Origin: Octopus sinensis
Taxonomy: Eukaryota
Assembly: GCF_006345805.1 (NCBI RefSeq)
Contig: NC_043004.1
Span: 34,720,001-34,784,000, forward strand
Direction of reading: 5' to 3'
DNA length: 64,000 nt
Below the pieces are notes generated by a model that was given only the letters and a program-made list of their open reading frames with translations, did not search any database and was not told where the DNA came from. The position numbers and the translations under genes are program-made. Shown in pieces: positions 37,430 through 52,688 of this stretch; the first letter of the stretch is position 1; each line of letters opens with the position of its first letter.

Positions 37430-37765
37430 TGAAGTTGCTGGATAAATTTGAGTTTCCTGATGATTTCAGAATGTTTAGAATGCTTTTTATGCTTTGATAC
37501 TGGTGATACATTTCCATCTCCAATCTCTAGCTCCTTGCAAACTTTGTAGATGAAAGATCTGGCAACTTTTAAAAATCTAGATATTTCTAAATCGCTATGC
37601 TCAACCTTTATAACCACAATAGCAGCATGCCTCTTCATTTCTTGAGTAAGCTGAGGGTCTACTGTTATTATTTTCTGAAACAAAGATTATACAGAGTTAG
37701 CAAAAAATGCAGCAATAACCACCAAAATGGTATGTCCTCAAATACCTTATACACCCTTTACAAAA
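37430..37765 (-). mobile_element. Tc1/mariner (maT-like) 5' end, N-terminal HTH region
   Basis: QEMKRHAAIVVIKVEHSDLEISRFLKVARSFIYKVCKELE..KHKKHSKHSEIIR. Confidence 0.65.
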
Positions 37766-38484
37766 ATGGTGTATTAAACTAATATAGAAAAGGTTAAGAA
37801 ATGTCAGAATAGGCCGGTAAATTAACTGATCTTTTGATGGTTATATCCATTTGACTATCCTCAACCTGGAAGTTTCCATGCTATATGGTGCCAAAATAAT
37901 CAAATTTGGAATTAAATTAGAATTGATAAGACACTAGTGTTATTTTCAAATATATTTAAATATAACCAAACACAAATAACAATTAGTTGTCAATATGAAA
38001 TTAATTAACAAAATTACAGAAATATCTAAATATATTTTAAAATATAATTAACTTTATGACAAACTTCTAGGCTGTAGACTTGTTACAGCATAACTATATT
38101 TACAAAAGACATTTTCAGCTAAACCAAGGCAGCCACTTCTCACTAATAACCAGCCAATCACAATACAACAGCTTCTTCCAAATATTAACCAATCAAAATG
38201 CAACAGGGCTCACTTAATTCACCCTGTCGATTCTTTATACTCATCTACTCACAAACCAATAAGTAGGCCTCTACAGGGTCCTACAATCTGTTAGAAATAG
38301 GAACCAAATCAGCCTCACGTTACATGCTAGTAGCTTAAAAACTGTGATGGGTACAATAGATAATGTACTGCTAGATGGACTGTATCTGAAAAAATAAATT
38401 AAAGCTTGAATATCTTTGATCATAGGTTTTGTTTCATCGAAACTGACCAAGGGTTAAACAAACACAACACCAACAACAGCAAGT

Positions 38485-38910
38485 GGAGGCGCAATGGCCC
38501 AGTGGTTAGGGCAGCGGACTTGTGGTCGGAGGATCACGGTTTCGATTCCCAGACCGGGTGTTGTGTGTGTTTATTGAGTGAAAACACCTAAAAGCTCCAT
38601 GAGGCTCCGACAGGGGGTAGTGGCGACCCCTGTTGAACTCTTTTGCTCCAACTTTCTCTCACTCTTTCTTCCTGTTTCTTGTCCCCAACTTTCTACGTAA
38701 CCACTGAGTCTTGATGCGTATTCATCCATCTGTTGATGTTCTCGGTGTCGGGGGTTGACCTGCTTTCTCTTCTGCGGGTCTTACGAATAGCAAAGGACCA
38801 CGTTTCGGACTTCTCTCACTACAGAAGACCGCTTCACTCAACATCAACATCAGCATCACATCACCAACAACAGCAACAAAATCGACACCCCCACCCCTAC
38901 TACTTAAACT
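38485..38910 (+). mobile_element. tRNA-derived SINE family D
   Basis: Head ggaggcgcaatggcccagtggttagggcagcggact..ggtttcgattcccagaccgg (A and B boxes), followed by a non-tRNA body. Confidence 0.7.
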
Positions 38911-39295
38911 ACAGAATTAATTAACGTGATCTAAACAGCAGTTTCTATTAGTTATGTCGATTGACATGATTTAAGGATAACACAGAAATAATTATATTAC
39001 TTTAGTACTTCCACTCTTCTGGTAACTACATGTGAGGCTAAAAGCATAATAAATCTTTCTTTTTCCCCTTAGCATATCAAATATATTACACCCTGTACTT
39101 ACACTAATCAAATGCTGTGTTACAGAATGTGATTGGCTCGACATTAAATTGATTAAAACACTTTCCACTCATTTCTCCAACAAAACATTCATGCATACGT
39201 GTGTGTATTTATGTGTAAGTGTCGATGATATATACATACATACATATAAATATATATTTATATGTGTGTATATATACGTTATACATACATATATA

Positions 39296-39329
<34 letters not shown>

Positions 39330-39343
39330 CAATATATATGTGC

Positions 39344-39376
<33 letters not shown>

Positions 39377-39385
39377 CATATGTAC

Positions 39386-39441
<56 letters not shown>

Positions 39442-39949
39442 GCATATATATATATGCATACTTATGTACATTTATATGTTTTATATGTGTGTGACTTGAT
39501 ACAATGTTACATATGTTTTTAAAACCATAAAATATAGAAAGTGCAACAAGCATGTAAATATATTATGATAGAGGCCAGTTTTTATGAGGTCAATTTAATC
39601 TGATCTGGGTTTTGTGATAAAGAAATTTGGTTGGCAATCATGTGGTTGTAAGTTCAATACCAGGGGATAGACTTAATCCAGTTTAATACCCTAATGTTGG
39701 GTGTTATACTGTATGATGGATTAAGTGTACTACCCAAGAGAAAGGATTGTAATAAAGACACCCAAATATCTTTGTCAGGTTCCTCTCTGTTGCAAGCTTT
39801 TGGATCAGGTCTTTAGCTTGAGGATGACCCATGAGTTAGGGTCACAACCACCTCTTTCCCTCCATTGGTCTTGGAATTTCTAAAACAAATGTTCTACAAC
39901 CTGACCTCATTCCTCTGGCAATTTCTGGATTACCAGTTGTAGAGATATT

Positions 39950-40505
39950 GTAGGAAGTGGTTTTGATCACTCTTGAATCAATCTGTTGATCTTTAATCTA
40001 CCTCATTCAAATGCTGGAGTTGACTGATTGTATAGATGTCCCCTCATCTATAAGTGTCACACTCATCTCATTTAATGTTCAGTGGAACTCACGGGCAGAT
40101 GAAAGCAGAATACAGAGAGCTGCCTTTAATGCATTGAAGCTGCTCCACTGTGAATGTTTTCTTCCGCTTCTTCCATGTTACCATCTAATAGGAGGCTCAT
40201 TACCTTATGGGTTGGTTCTTGCACTCATGATTGCTAAACCATTCCTGCACTTGTTGATGTGTTGTGTTCATGAGCAAAGCATTTCATTTCTTATTGCCTC
40301 AGTCCCTTCTGTTATAAATAAGTAACACTGCGATGGACTAACATTTTGTTCTGGAGAAGAATTGTGATCCCAGTCACTTATACACAATGGGAACCTTGTA
40401 GCCAACTCTATTAGCCCCAGGACTTGAGACAGTACTTTCTGACCTTCTAATAATGGTACCAATGCATCAAGACATTTTATGCCAGTGCCATGCTTCCAAA
40501 AACCC
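39950..40505 (-). pseudogene. Possible decayed RTE-type LINE fragment
   Basis: Weak resemblance only (EAIRNEMLCS..NKCRNGLA..GN). Confidence 0.3.
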
Positions 40506-41102
40506 ATTCAAAGCGATTTATATATACAACAATATGAGCAATGGAAAGAGAATTAGCTATTTCCTGATCTCATGTATCATCTCATAATTCTTGCCAAAAC
40601 ATTTTATACATAAAGTTCAAATATTAAAGAGATAGATGCTTATATTGGTAAAATAATTCTTAGAGATATTTCAGACATTCCTATAGCATCTGAAGAAACC
40701 ATAAAAAAATGAAACTAAGCAAATATTTTATCAACATTTGCAAATAAGAAGGAAGTTAGCTGATAAAACTGTTACAATCCGAAAACAAAATACCAAGTAT
40801 CTTTAAAATAAAGAACAAAATGTCAAGTTTGTATTTTTGAGAACATTCATATCTATTGATTTCTTAAAACTTTCAACAAGAAATAACAGCCAAATTCCAC
40901 TAACTAGCAACCTACCTTTAATTATGTAGGAACACAGAATAAAATGTTAGCAACACAGGCAAAAAATATGGGATGGTCACAACTAGGTTACTCACTCAGA
41001 CTGCAGGTAACTACACCACCTGCACCACCACCAAGACTCCCACCCCCACCACTGCCATAACCAGTCTTTTTGTATAACTATTACTCCCAGTATCATACTT
41101 AT

Positions 41103-41330
41103 TTCTTTACTACTCACAAGGGGCTAAACACAGAGAGGACAAACAAGGACAGACAAACGGATAAGTCGATTATATCGACCCCAGTGCGTAACTGGTTCTT
41201 ATTTAACCGACCCCGAAAGGATGAAAGGCAAAGTCGACCTCGGCGGAATTTGAACTCAGAACATAGCGACAGATGAAATACCGCTAAGCATTTCGCCCGG
41301 AGTGCTAACAATTCTGCCAGCTCACCACCT
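41103..41330 (-). mobile_element. tRNA-derived SINE family C (young)
   Basis: Full-length reverse complement with CpGs retained. Confidence 0.9.
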
Positions 41331-43654
41331 TATACTGTCAATATCATACCATTGTGTGTATGGTGCCAACTGCATCAACAACAGGTGTGGCTATATCAGT
41401 TTGTGAATTACTCTCTCTTTGTCAATGTATCTCAGCAGCTGTCATGGACAGCTTTACCATTTGTGCCCCTAAGTGAATATTTTAGCAGCTTTTTTTAATT
41501 AAATATTCCATTATTTATTACATTTACCATATTTGTTATGTTGATACTTGAGGTGAGTTAAGAGACACTTTGTGGAAACAGAAACTGTTTCTACTGATTG
41601 ACTCTTTTAATTAGTCTTTTCCATTATCAATTTACTTTTCTACGTAGCTTTTACGATAGGGGGGGGTGCAGGTGGGAGTAGAATGGCATCAGAATTACAG
41701 AATAAAATAACTGAAATATTTCTATGAACTTTAATGTTGATTATTATTGAACATCAGAGCCAAATCTTCTGAGTACTTTTGAAAACCCTAAACATAAACT
41801 TTAAACCTGTTGTATTAATTTTGGCACAACTGATGATGGATGGGTCATGTTTATTTGATGAGGGAGATACTAGTGAAAACTACATTTTGAACTTTTTACC
41901 AAAACCATTTGTTATTGTTGCTGTAGCTGATGATGATGATAATGATAATGATGACTATAATAATGACAATGCTATCGCCACCATCAATGGTGATGGTGGT
42001 GGTGGTCATCGTCATCGTCTTTGTCTTCATTAATTTGATGACATGGGATATTATCAAAGGAGGAGAAAAACTTCATCACTGTGAGAGAAAGTGAAAGAAA
42101 CTGAAATTCTTTAACCAACAGAAGGAATCAGGCTAATAAAGATAAAGCTGTTGCCTCTTCTAAGACACAGATACTTTTACCAAACCAGCTGTATTGAATT
42201 TACTCTGCATCTTTCTTCTAAAAACTGTCTTGATGTAACTTTGACTGATGCAATATTTTAATAAATCTAATAATTTCCTTGCCAACCTCCAAAAGTTAAT
42301 TAACAAATTTGACGGGAAAATCTTAACTCAGTTTATGATGTTTATTCATTATTTTAAATTTACTCAGCCTCTTTTATATCTGAACTATGGATGCATTGTC
42401 TTCTGCCTGTGTCTATTCTACCACAACTACAATGGCTTTGCTCTTCGCAGTTAGCTGGTCTCAGACAACCTCCACTCAGCCACACCCTACTCCCTGGTTT
42501 CTTGCCCACTTTTCAACCATATAGTCACCACCCCAGCAGTCCTTACCCTAAACTCTCACTGCTCACTTCCCTTCTTAACCTAGTTCCTCTGCCCAATCCT
42601 AACTCTAACTCCTACACCTATTCCTTTCTCTTTACAATGTTGGCCCTATGGAGAACCACCCCTGCTATGTCTTACCTGTAGCAATTGACTTCAAGCAGAA
42701 CATTAATCCCATTAATCTCACCAATGTTGTGATGTTAGCAGAGACCTTACAAATTTGCTGCTAATCCTCTTCCACCACATCAAACCACTTAAGCAAAAAT
42801 TTCCCATCTTTGAGATAAATTCACTAACACTATGGGAGTACAAAAACTCCTACATATAGCTAGGAAGGTTTTCCAATAATTTGTGGGAGGAATACACTAG
42901 AAATGTTTCTCACTGCCATCTCTATGCATAATTCTAATTTGAACTCAGCACTCCAAGACAACAAGACGCCGTCCAAGAATTTGGACCTGGAGATCTCCAT
43001 TTCCAGCGACCTTGAGGGTCACCTCCCAGTGGTGTTGTGCGTCAATGAAGAGCCCTCGACTACAACAAGATGACCAAACTTTTTTTTTAAGGTCTGGTGT
43101 CTCTTGCCCCTAAGCCCTAGGCCATTACCTAATCACCCTTACCCATCTTGTTGCTTAACAACATTAACAACAACAACAACAAGACAAATTTTGATTGTAC
43201 ATCAATATATGTGCTTACAATTGTAAACCGTACCAAGTTTCAACAAGTCTCTTCCATAACAACCTGAGCTCAGTCAACACCTTGTTAGTAACCGTGTCTG
43301 TTTTGGGGACTAAGCTTCACCCGTCACCCAGTTTATCATCTCCACCTGGCCTGCAGGTACTTGTGATGCTGGTAGCAGAATTACATTACACGTACTCAGA
43401 CCAAAGCTTCAGTCTAACATTTAACTTTCTCTTTGTTTTGTTGTTCACAGGAGCAGACCTGTTAATTGAAAACTATATAAATATTAGATATATATTGATT
43501 TTTAAAATATCTCAGATTTATAGGGTATAGGAAACGAAATTGCATGATGTTTATGACATTCCCAAGCAAAATTCCAATCTACATCTGTATTTCTCTACCT
43601 AATCAGTTTCTATTACTTCCATTATTTGGCTCACCAGTTTGATGTTTTTGTTGT

Positions 43655-43933
43655 GAGATCGTCGCCAGTGCCGCTGGACTGGCTCCTGTGCAGGTGGCAC
43701 GTAAAAAGCACCATTTGGGCGTGGCCTTTGCCAGTACCACCAAACTGGCCCTCGTGCCGGTGGCACGTAAAAGCACCCACTACACTCTTGGAGTGGTTGG
43801 CGTTAGGAAGGGCAGCCAGCTGTAGAAACTCTGCCAGATCAGATTGGAGTCTGGTTCGCCAGACCTCAGTCAAATCGTCCAACCCATGCTAGCATGGAAA
43901 GTGGATGTTAAATGATGATGATGATGATGATGA
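43655..43933 (+). mobile_element. SINE-like family A
   Basis: Close to the reverse complement of 1023-1345; (GAT)n tail. Confidence 0.85.
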
Positions 43934-44873
43934 TTTCTTCTCATCAATCTTGAAGCCCAAGAAAATAGTCATGGCTTGTCATTCCTATTTCAGTCTAATT
44001 TATAAAAACTAAAAGGTAAAGAGAGACAAAAACGCTTAGCAAACATAAAGTACAGTTGCATTAGGGATACAAACCACTGACATCAGGTCTGTTTGCTCTC
44101 TTCACTTTTATATTGTCTCCCTGTCTTCTCTGAAATCACACAACTTCCCATTAATATATTGCAGATATCAAATTTAATTACTTATTAAACTGATTCATCG
44201 TTACCCTCAGTATGGCAACCAATACTTCTTCTGTCAATGGATTTCTTGTTCATGCTGTCGTTTAACCCTAGGCAAGTGGTAATTGAACACATATGATCAA
44301 AAGTAATCCAGCCTTGACCAGCTCCATCTTTTACTCAGATATAGAACTAATGCTATCCAGTATGACTTTAATATTGTATTTCCTTTTTAAATAAGTTAGC
44401 TGTCGGCATATAAACTATATTGCGTCATGTTCATTCCACCTGAAGCAAACCATAAAGTACCTCAGAGGAGGTGCTTAACGGCTGGTTACAGTTTAAATTT
44501 AAAGTCAATGATGGGATCTTGTTCACAGTGAGTGTCACGATGTTACATTAGACAAAACCATTGCTTCATTGATCTCATTTTTGTCACATACATCACAAAT
44601 GGAATCATTTAAACAACCATCCCAGTTCTTGTATTACTCACTCACATCATACTTTTGGTGCACAGTTAAATGTTTTAAAACAACAACACCAACGACAACA
44701 ACAACTTCTCATATATTTTATACAAAATGTTTTTGTTTTCTCTCTTTTCATAAATCTAAAATGTGAATTTTAAAATTCTAAGATTTCCTACTGTTAAATT
44801 CTATATTGCTAAACAGCAGGGAGGAGAGAGAGAGGGAGAGTGATAGAGAGAGAGAGAAAGAAAGAGAGAGGGG

Positions 44874-44906
<33 letters not shown>

Positions 44907-45207
44907 GAGTGAAATAATCACAATAAAGACTGAGTAGCATAAAGATTTCTATAAATCAATTTCAGAACTCATGCTGGGCAGAAAGGAAAAAAAATATATA
45001 GAATAATAGTTGCCAAATTATTCAGTGAGATTCAGAAAAAATGGCTTTATAAAGAGTGTTCACTTGTCTCATAAATATTCTTTACTGCCACCGCATTTTC
45101 CCACATTCTAAAAGCAAGAGAGTAGGATTAAAATCACAGAAAACATACGAAAAATAAGTTTAATCAAATTGTGCTTCAGCATTTGTATTTCATTTAAAAA
45201 AGAAGCT

Positions 45208-45222
45208 ATATATATATATGTA

Positions 45223-45321
<99 letters not shown>

Positions 45322-45325
45322 GTAT
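45208..45325. repeat. (TA)n/(TATG)n microsatellite
   Basis: Directly visible. Confidence 0.95.
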
Positions 45326-46272
45326 TTGTCTTTCAGTTTTATTAAATGGGAAATGCATTTGAACAAATACCTCTGTTAAGAGCTACCCACACTATAAAGC
45401 TTTGCTTATACCACCATGCATTTATTTCTAACTACTGCATTCACACACATACACACACACATTAATATATGCACTCCAAATCATCCAATTTCTCTCCCCA
45501 TACATTCTCCCCTCTGCTACTCATTATATGATATGCTGGCCATATCAACCACTTAGCATCTTTGCATGACCATGCAATTATTTCTAACTATTTTGCAAAC
45601 ATCCATCTGTACACAACCTTACTTGTAGACTTGACCCTTTATTTTCTAATGCACACACACACACCCACACGTTTCACCACATCCTCCTAAGCTTATGTTG
45701 CATATTACCTTTATTAGATGTTCACTCTGCTCTGCCGAAAAACACTTCCTCTCTTCCACTCGTTTCCTGCCATTTCATCAGATTGCATCTCTGCCTCAGC
45801 TTCCTGTTATTTTTCAGTCTAGTTTTCATCTTTCCCTCTATCTTGTCAAAGGACAAATCACCAAAATGTTGTGTTTTCCCCTCTCTAATGTAATTAACAT
45901 TGATTTTGTACACTTGTTCTTTGTTTTTGCCCAACATTTTGCATGTTCTACTGGTAAGGGAGACTAGCTAACAGATTGAAGAAGGCATCATAAAAAAGAG
46001 GGGGAAAGGAAGTGGGGAGGTGAGGAATAGGTTAAAGATTCCAAGAGTGAAAAGCGAGTGAAAAATGAAGAATGGGAGTCAGATATGGAAGTAACAAAAG
46101 GTGAATAAAGCAATTACAGCATGGAAAACACATATTAACCATTCAAAAAACGCACAACATCTTTTAATTTCATTCAATCATTTATTATTTGGTGTCAACA
46201 TTTTTAGCGCACTATCTGTGACCTGGTCACTGACAAAGTTCCACAGCAACTGGTCCTGGATGTAGCTGTTGG

Positions 46273-46520
46273 TCAGTATATATATATATATATTTCTTTA
46301 CTACACACAAGGGGCTAAACACAGAGGGGACGAACAAGGACAGACAAACGGATTAAGTTGATTATATCAACCCAGTGCATAACTGGTACTTAATTTATCG
46401 ACCCCGAAAGGATGAAAGGCAAAGTCGACCTCGGCAGAATTTGAACTCAGAATGTAGCAGCAGACGAAATACTGCTAAGCATTTCGCACGGCGTGCTAAC
46501 ATTTCTGCCAGCTCGCCACC
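46273..46520 (-). mobile_element. tRNA-derived SINE family C
   Basis: Full-length copy. Confidence 0.9.
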
Positions 46521-46827
46521 AGTATATATATAGGCTCAAGGGTTTTCAATATTGTCTTTCCTCGGCCAATTTAATACTTAAAGGGCATATCACAAATACA
46601 AATATCAAAATATTCAAAATCTATTGGATGTGAGGCCAGCTTACATTCAGTTTTGAAGTTTTAAACACATAAGAATGTGGTGCTCCAGAATGACCTCAAA
46701 TGTGATTATTAAAAACCTCAAGATGTGACTCAAATCACTTTCTTGTGATTATCAAATATTTCAAGGGAATATTAGCAGATGATCCACTGCTTTTCCTGAC
46801 AGTTTAGAGAACAGAAGTAATATATAT

Positions 46828-47058
46828 TTATTTACTGCCCACAAGGGGCTAAACACAGAGGGGACAAACAAAGACAGACAAAGGGATTAAGTCGATTACA
46901 TCGACCCCAGTGCAAAACTGGTACTTTATTTATCGACCCCAAAAGGATGAAAGGCAAAGTCGACCTCGGCGAAATTCGAACTCATAACGTAATGACAGAC
47001 GAAATACCGCTAAGCATTTCGCCGGGCGCACTAACGTTTCTGCCAGCTCACCGCCCTT
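46828..47058 (-). mobile_element. tRNA-derived SINE family C
   Basis: Full-length copy. Confidence 0.9.
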
Positions 47059-47379
47059 ACAGAAGTAATATAGCCAGAAGAATTCATATTCAAAAGAATT
47101 TGGAACAGAGAATGTGACACGGATTCCTTTCAGAATTTAGTCAAATACCGATTCTGTTTCCATACAGCTATAACATAAGGTATGTGCCCTATGTATGTGT
47201 GAGGGTGTATGTGTGTGAAAACACACACACACACAGAAAAAAAATTCAATAAATCAAGACTTTCTTGTATGTTATTTTAAATACTTCAATACACTCTTAT
47301 TCATCGTTTTTGTTCAAATTCATAACACCAGCTACCCACAGTTATTTCTCTTAACTTTCTTTCCTGTATGTGTGTGAAA

Positions 47380-47412
<33 letters not shown>

Positions 47413-48624
47413 TTCATATATATGTATATATGCTTGTCTAGAGGAAAAGGAAGCTATATGTCTAAAATGGAAGTGAAAAAAAATTATAAATATAATTTGA
47501 CAGTCATAACAGATAACTATCAAAATTTTAATTGGTCCTATTTCTATAATGAGAGTTATGAAATAAATCAAGAAAAATAAAAATAAATAGATAACCAAAT
47601 AGCAAATTTTATGTCTAATTACTGAAAGAAAACTAGATAATTATCAATTGTGAACAAAAAAACACTAAAACAGTAAAAAAAAATGCCAAAAATGATAGCA
47701 TTTTGAAGGAATCTTTGATAATTGTTTTCATTATCATTAAAAAATTTCATTTAATTTTGAATATTAAAAAAAAAGTATTTCATTGGTAAATTAAAAAGAA
47801 TAATTATTTCCTGTAGATATACATTTGGGGAGTCTGTTGAGTTATAATTGAATACGAATAGCCATGTCTTTCCAACAGTTAAATGTTGTAATTCACTGAT
47901 ATGTTCGCCTGTAATTAACTAATATGTCTTCAACTCATTAGTGTTGGTAGGAGAGGCGATGGCCATCAAATTTTCAAACCTTCTTAGACTTATCTAATTT
48001 ATTTCATTTTGCAATTTGTAAACATTAGAATTGTTGCTAACCGGTTTCCATTGCAGGGTCAACTACTTCTTCACTGCGTCTCTAATATAGACGAGGACAA
48101 TGCAACATTTGTGACGGCATATTTGGTTTAAAATAAAAACTGGTTACATACACCAGAGTACATCAGCAAAAGATATAAAGATATATATATATATATACAC
48201 ACATACACACAAACATCCAAATATAATCATTTTTATAGCCACTTCTGAAACTGGTATCAAATGAACAAGTCATCATAGTTCAAGTCAGTTCTCACAGTTG
48301 CAGCTCTACTAGATAGGTTAGGGAGACCATGTCCTAATTATGTATTTTCTTTTGGCATGCTTTCTGCTGATGGATGCTCTTTCTCATATCAAGTGCTTTT
48401 CAGATTTTTGGTGTTGCATTTCAGCGGACACCTGCACAAGAGATATTATCACCAAGACAACACTAGTGGGTCTTCCTGTCTCTTCCTGTCTTGAGCATAT
48501 GTGAGGGGAAGAGGTGGGTTTGATTGGGAGTGTGATAGTGTTGCTAAGTTTTGACAGTGTCCACTGGCTGGTCATAAACGATAGTCAGTCCCATATCGTT
48601 GGTGACCTTCATTCCCTATATTCC

Positions 48625-48736
48625 ATGGAAACAAGTAAGGGTTCATGACAGGAAAGGAACCCAGCTGTAGAAAATCTGCCACCAAAACTTCTGTCTGACC
48701 CATGCAAGCATGGAAAAGTAGACGTTAAAATGATGA
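48625..48736 (+). mobile_element. Family A-related 3' end
   Basis: 'ccagctgtagaaaatctgcc..catggaaaagtagacgttaaaatgatgat'. Confidence 0.65.
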
Positions 48737-48796
48737 TACACACACTCTCTCTCTCACACATACAGACACACATGTGCATGCACACACACACACAAT

Positions 48797-48941
48797 GAGC
48801 TTTATCAGTTTCCCTCCATTAAATTCACTTACAAGGCTTTAGTTGACCTGATGTAGAAGACACTCACCAGAGGTGCCACACAGTGTGACTGAACCCAAGA
48901 CCACATGGTTGGGAAGCAAGCTTCTTAACCACTCTGCCACT
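48797..48941 (-). mobile_element. SINE family B, 5' half
   Basis: Reverse complement of the family B head. Confidence 0.7.
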
Positions 48942-49876
48942 TCCATACCAATTGACATTATTTCACATTTCTTGCCATTCCTTATAATAGCCATAGCCAA
49001 CACCCAGAACTCAAATTACTCATGACGAACCCAAATATCTGAGTCTAAATGTGCATGCCCTCCATCTGCAGACCCCTAAGTTCTCATGATTCCACAAGGT
49101 TTATTTAATATTATAAAATCGTACCATGGTACAAGAATATGGAATATAATAAATTTAAACTTTTGATTGTTTTTAAAAGTTGGCTTTTTTCTTCTCTCTA
49201 ATTTCTTTAATAATAAATGTTGGTTTGTTGCTTGATATCTCCAGTCACACTTTTCAGAGGGGGAGAGAGAGAGAGAGTAAAAGAGATACAGAGAGGGTTA
49301 ATATAAGAGGAGTAGAATGAAGGCACATACTAGGCTTGGTGACAGGCAAAACATAAAAGAGCATCACACACACGCACACACACACACATGCACTATTGAC
49401 AGTGAAAAAGAAACAACTATAGTTAAGGAGGTGAGAGAGAAATGGTTACGGAGGGAGTTCTACAATTGAGAAATTTGTTATATTTGATATTTTTTAAGGT
49501 GATAAATATTTTTTCTTTGAAAATTAATATTCCTTTCATTATTTTGCATCATCAACAAGAAATTTGATAAAAGTTAAATTATAACTATTGTAAGTCTGCT
49601 ATAATTCCTGATATTACCCAGGCTGGCCAAAAGTATACTTCCAAAGTAATCTGTTATGTGACTTGTAGCATACTAGTGCATGCATGTATATACTTTTACA
49701 ATGTGTCTGTTACAAATAACCTGGTGTCTATTTGATTTCCAGAAACATTTGTCTAAAGCAGCAAAAATTTTTCCTAGAATATGTAAACATAAGGACGTCG
49801 CTTTGTGTGTACATTACATATATATAAATATCTATTCATATATGTGTATATGTGTGTGTGTGTGTGTGTGTACATA

Positions 49877-50753
49877 CAGGGTGTGCTGGGTAAATTGTCA
49901 CCATTTTATACTTTTAATTTCATGCGTGCTCATAGTTTGTTTTTGATTTTGTCAACTACACAATATAGTAGGGTCAGTTGGGCACCATCTGGGAGAAAAA
50001 CAGCACCATGATGCAATTTCTGCTAGGAATTTGGAAACCACATGCTGTACTGCTTGGCATTCATGCTGGAAGCTCCAATTTCAAAGTGATTGGGCATCAA
50101 TGTGAGGGCAGTGCAATCTGAGGACATGTACCGAGAGTGATAAAATTCAAACATCAATCAACATGATGGTGTTTAGAGTGATCACTAGTGATGGCGATGT
50201 TATGCCTCCATTCATCTTCCCACACAGCGTCACACATAACATGGAGGCCTACATCAAGTGCCTGGAGGAAGTAATGCTGTCCTGGGTCAAGAGGGTGGCT
50301 GCTGGAAGACCCTATGTCTGGCAACAGGACTCTGCACCATGCCACACAAGAAGGAGAACCCAGTCATGGATGTCAGACAATTTCTGTGACCACATCACTC
50401 CTAACATCTGGCCACTTAACTCCCTGCACTGCAACCCCCTTGATTATTATATGTGGGGCACAGTTGAGTGAAATACCAACAAAACTCCTTGTAACACCAA
50501 AGAGGAAATGAAGGCAAGGATTAGGGCAGCATTCACCAATTTAAACAAGGAAACCGTCCAGAAGAGTTGCAGGAGATTCCGAAGTTGTCTGGAGGCCGTG
50601 GTTGAAGCCACAGGCGATTTTATTGAATGAATTTACTCTTTAGTATTTCAAGATACTTTAATGTAATTTTGGTAAATATATCTGTTAAAATGAGATGTCA
50701 GTGTTATTTTCATTTTTGCATAATTTAGACACCAATATATTCACTGCACCTTG
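49877..50753 (+). mobile_element. Internally deleted Tc1/mariner DD37D (maT-type) transposon
   Basis: TA-CAGGGTG...CACCTTG-TA termini; WQQDSAPCHT..WPLNSLHCNPLDYYMW with 37 residues between the last two catalytic Asp; stop after GTVE. Confidence 0.85.
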
Positions 50754-50769
50754 TATATAGGGTGTTGGT

Positions 50770-50935
50770 GCCTCGTAAAAAGCACCTAGTCAGCTCTGTT
50801 AAGTGGTTGGCATTTCAAAGGGCATCTAGTTGTGGAAACTGTGCTGAAGCAGACAATGATATTGCACTGGGCGTTGCCAGTTGCTGTGAAACCATCCAGC
50901 CCATGCCAGCATGGAAACCTGATATGGCATCATCA
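50770..50935 (+). mobile_element. SINE-like family A (old)
   Basis: 'cgtaaaaagcacc..aagggcatctagttgtggaaac..ccatgccagcatggaaac'. Confidence 0.6.
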
Positions 50936-51289
50936 TCGTAGTAATGACTTTATATATATATATATATATATGAGGGAAACCACTATGTAGACACCCTTAT
51001 GCTAGAAATAGATCTGCTATGGTCATACCACTAAGAAATGTTCTCAAGAAAAATTTAGCAAAACAACCAAAACGTAATCGAGCATAACAAAAGAAAAATC
51101 AGCAAAAATATGGATTATTCGCATACATGTTTCACTATTACCATATTACATAAGTTTACTTACATAAATGTCCCTAGATCATCGGTACGACCGTCCAGAT
51201 GAATATAATTTGCAGGACGGCATACTCGGACGTCTGCACAAAGTCAGACTTGTAAAACAGTCCAACCCACTATATATATATATATATCT

Positions 51290-51680
51290 TTTTCTCTTTT
51301 TACTTGTGTCAGTCATTTTGACTGCGGCCATGCTGGAGCACTACCTTTAATCGAGCAATTCGACCCCCGGGACTTATTCTTTGTAAGCCCAGTACTTATT
51401 CTATTGGTCTTTTTTGCTGAACCGCTAAGTGACAGGGACATAAACACACCAGCATCGGTTGTCAAGCAATGCTAGGGGGACAAACACAGACACACAAACA
51501 TACACGCACATGCTTATATATACAAATATACAACGGGCTTCTTTCAGTTTCTATCTACAAAATCCACTCACAAGGCTTTGGTCGGCCCGAGGCTATAGTA
51601 GAAGGCACTTGCCCAAGGTGCCACGCAGAACCATGTGGTTGGTAAACAAGCTACTTACCACACAGCCACTCCTGCGCCTA
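51290..51680 (-). mobile_element. tRNA-derived SINE family B (near full length)
   Basis: Reverse complement of the family B consensus. Confidence 0.9.
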
Positions 51681-52688
51681 TATGTATGTATATGTGTATA
51701 TATGTATACACACACACTCTCACACATTTCCATATATTAGTTATATGTATATATTTTTTTGATTCATTTATAAACTTACAAACGAATGTTATGCATTAAT
51801 GAAGTTCATTCAATTTTTAAATATACATTTTTAATTTTCATAATTTTTATATTTCTAATGATAACCTTTGAATTTTGATAAATTTTATCATTTAGTACAA
51901 AATTATGTTGTCAACTAAGTCACAAATTATAGCTGTTATTTTCATTATTTATTTATTGCTTAATTTTTATGTATTTACAACTTCACTTTTTTTCCTTTAT
52001 TTATTTCCTTTCTCTTTTGCTTATATACACTCTCTATACATCAGTATTTTTGGTGCATACAAGGATTTGCATATCTTTGAGTCCATCCAACATGTATTTG
52101 GATTCTAATATTCCCCTCCTTTACTGTTTGGTATTCTAGCAAGTTCATTTATATTTGTCTATTCCAGCTTTATATTGTATCTTCACATATCTGCTGTTCA
52201 CGCTGTTGTATTGTCTACATGTACACTCATGAGTCTCCATGTAGATGTATACATTTGCATGCGCTGGCATATATTATATAGATCTGTATATATTTGAAGA
52301 CACAATTATGTGCATGTCTGTGACCATGTACAAGCATGAGAATACTTATGTCCCCATACATAATTTCCATTGAACTGTGCACAGGCAAGAATATGTACAT
52401 ATGTATGTATATGCATATACATGTGTGGGTGCGTATGTAAATGTATGTATGGCTTAGATGTGCATGCCTGCAGGAGTATACACATACACACACATGTATA
52501 AACATCTAGGCAGTCTATGCAAGTGGAAGCACACTTACACATGTACATTATATATATATAATGTATATATACTACACATCTATTATACATAATTACATAT
52601 AATATATATATATACACACACACGCCTATATATATTATATGTATATATTTACATATAATATATATATACATATACATATATATATATA

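Noticed and set aside
38154-38260. Three CCAAT boxes at 35- and 67-bp spacing as an NF-Y promoter
   Set aside because: No CpG island, TSS evidence or downstream exon; the motif is common in AT-rich DNA.
38485-38556. tRNA-like heads (also 29770 and the family B/C heads) as real tRNA genes
   Set aside because: Acceptor and anticodon stems are imperfect and each continues into a SINE body.
42600-43110. Possible decayed RLE non-LTR fragment
   Set aside because: Only vague motif resemblance; cannot be supported without a profile search.
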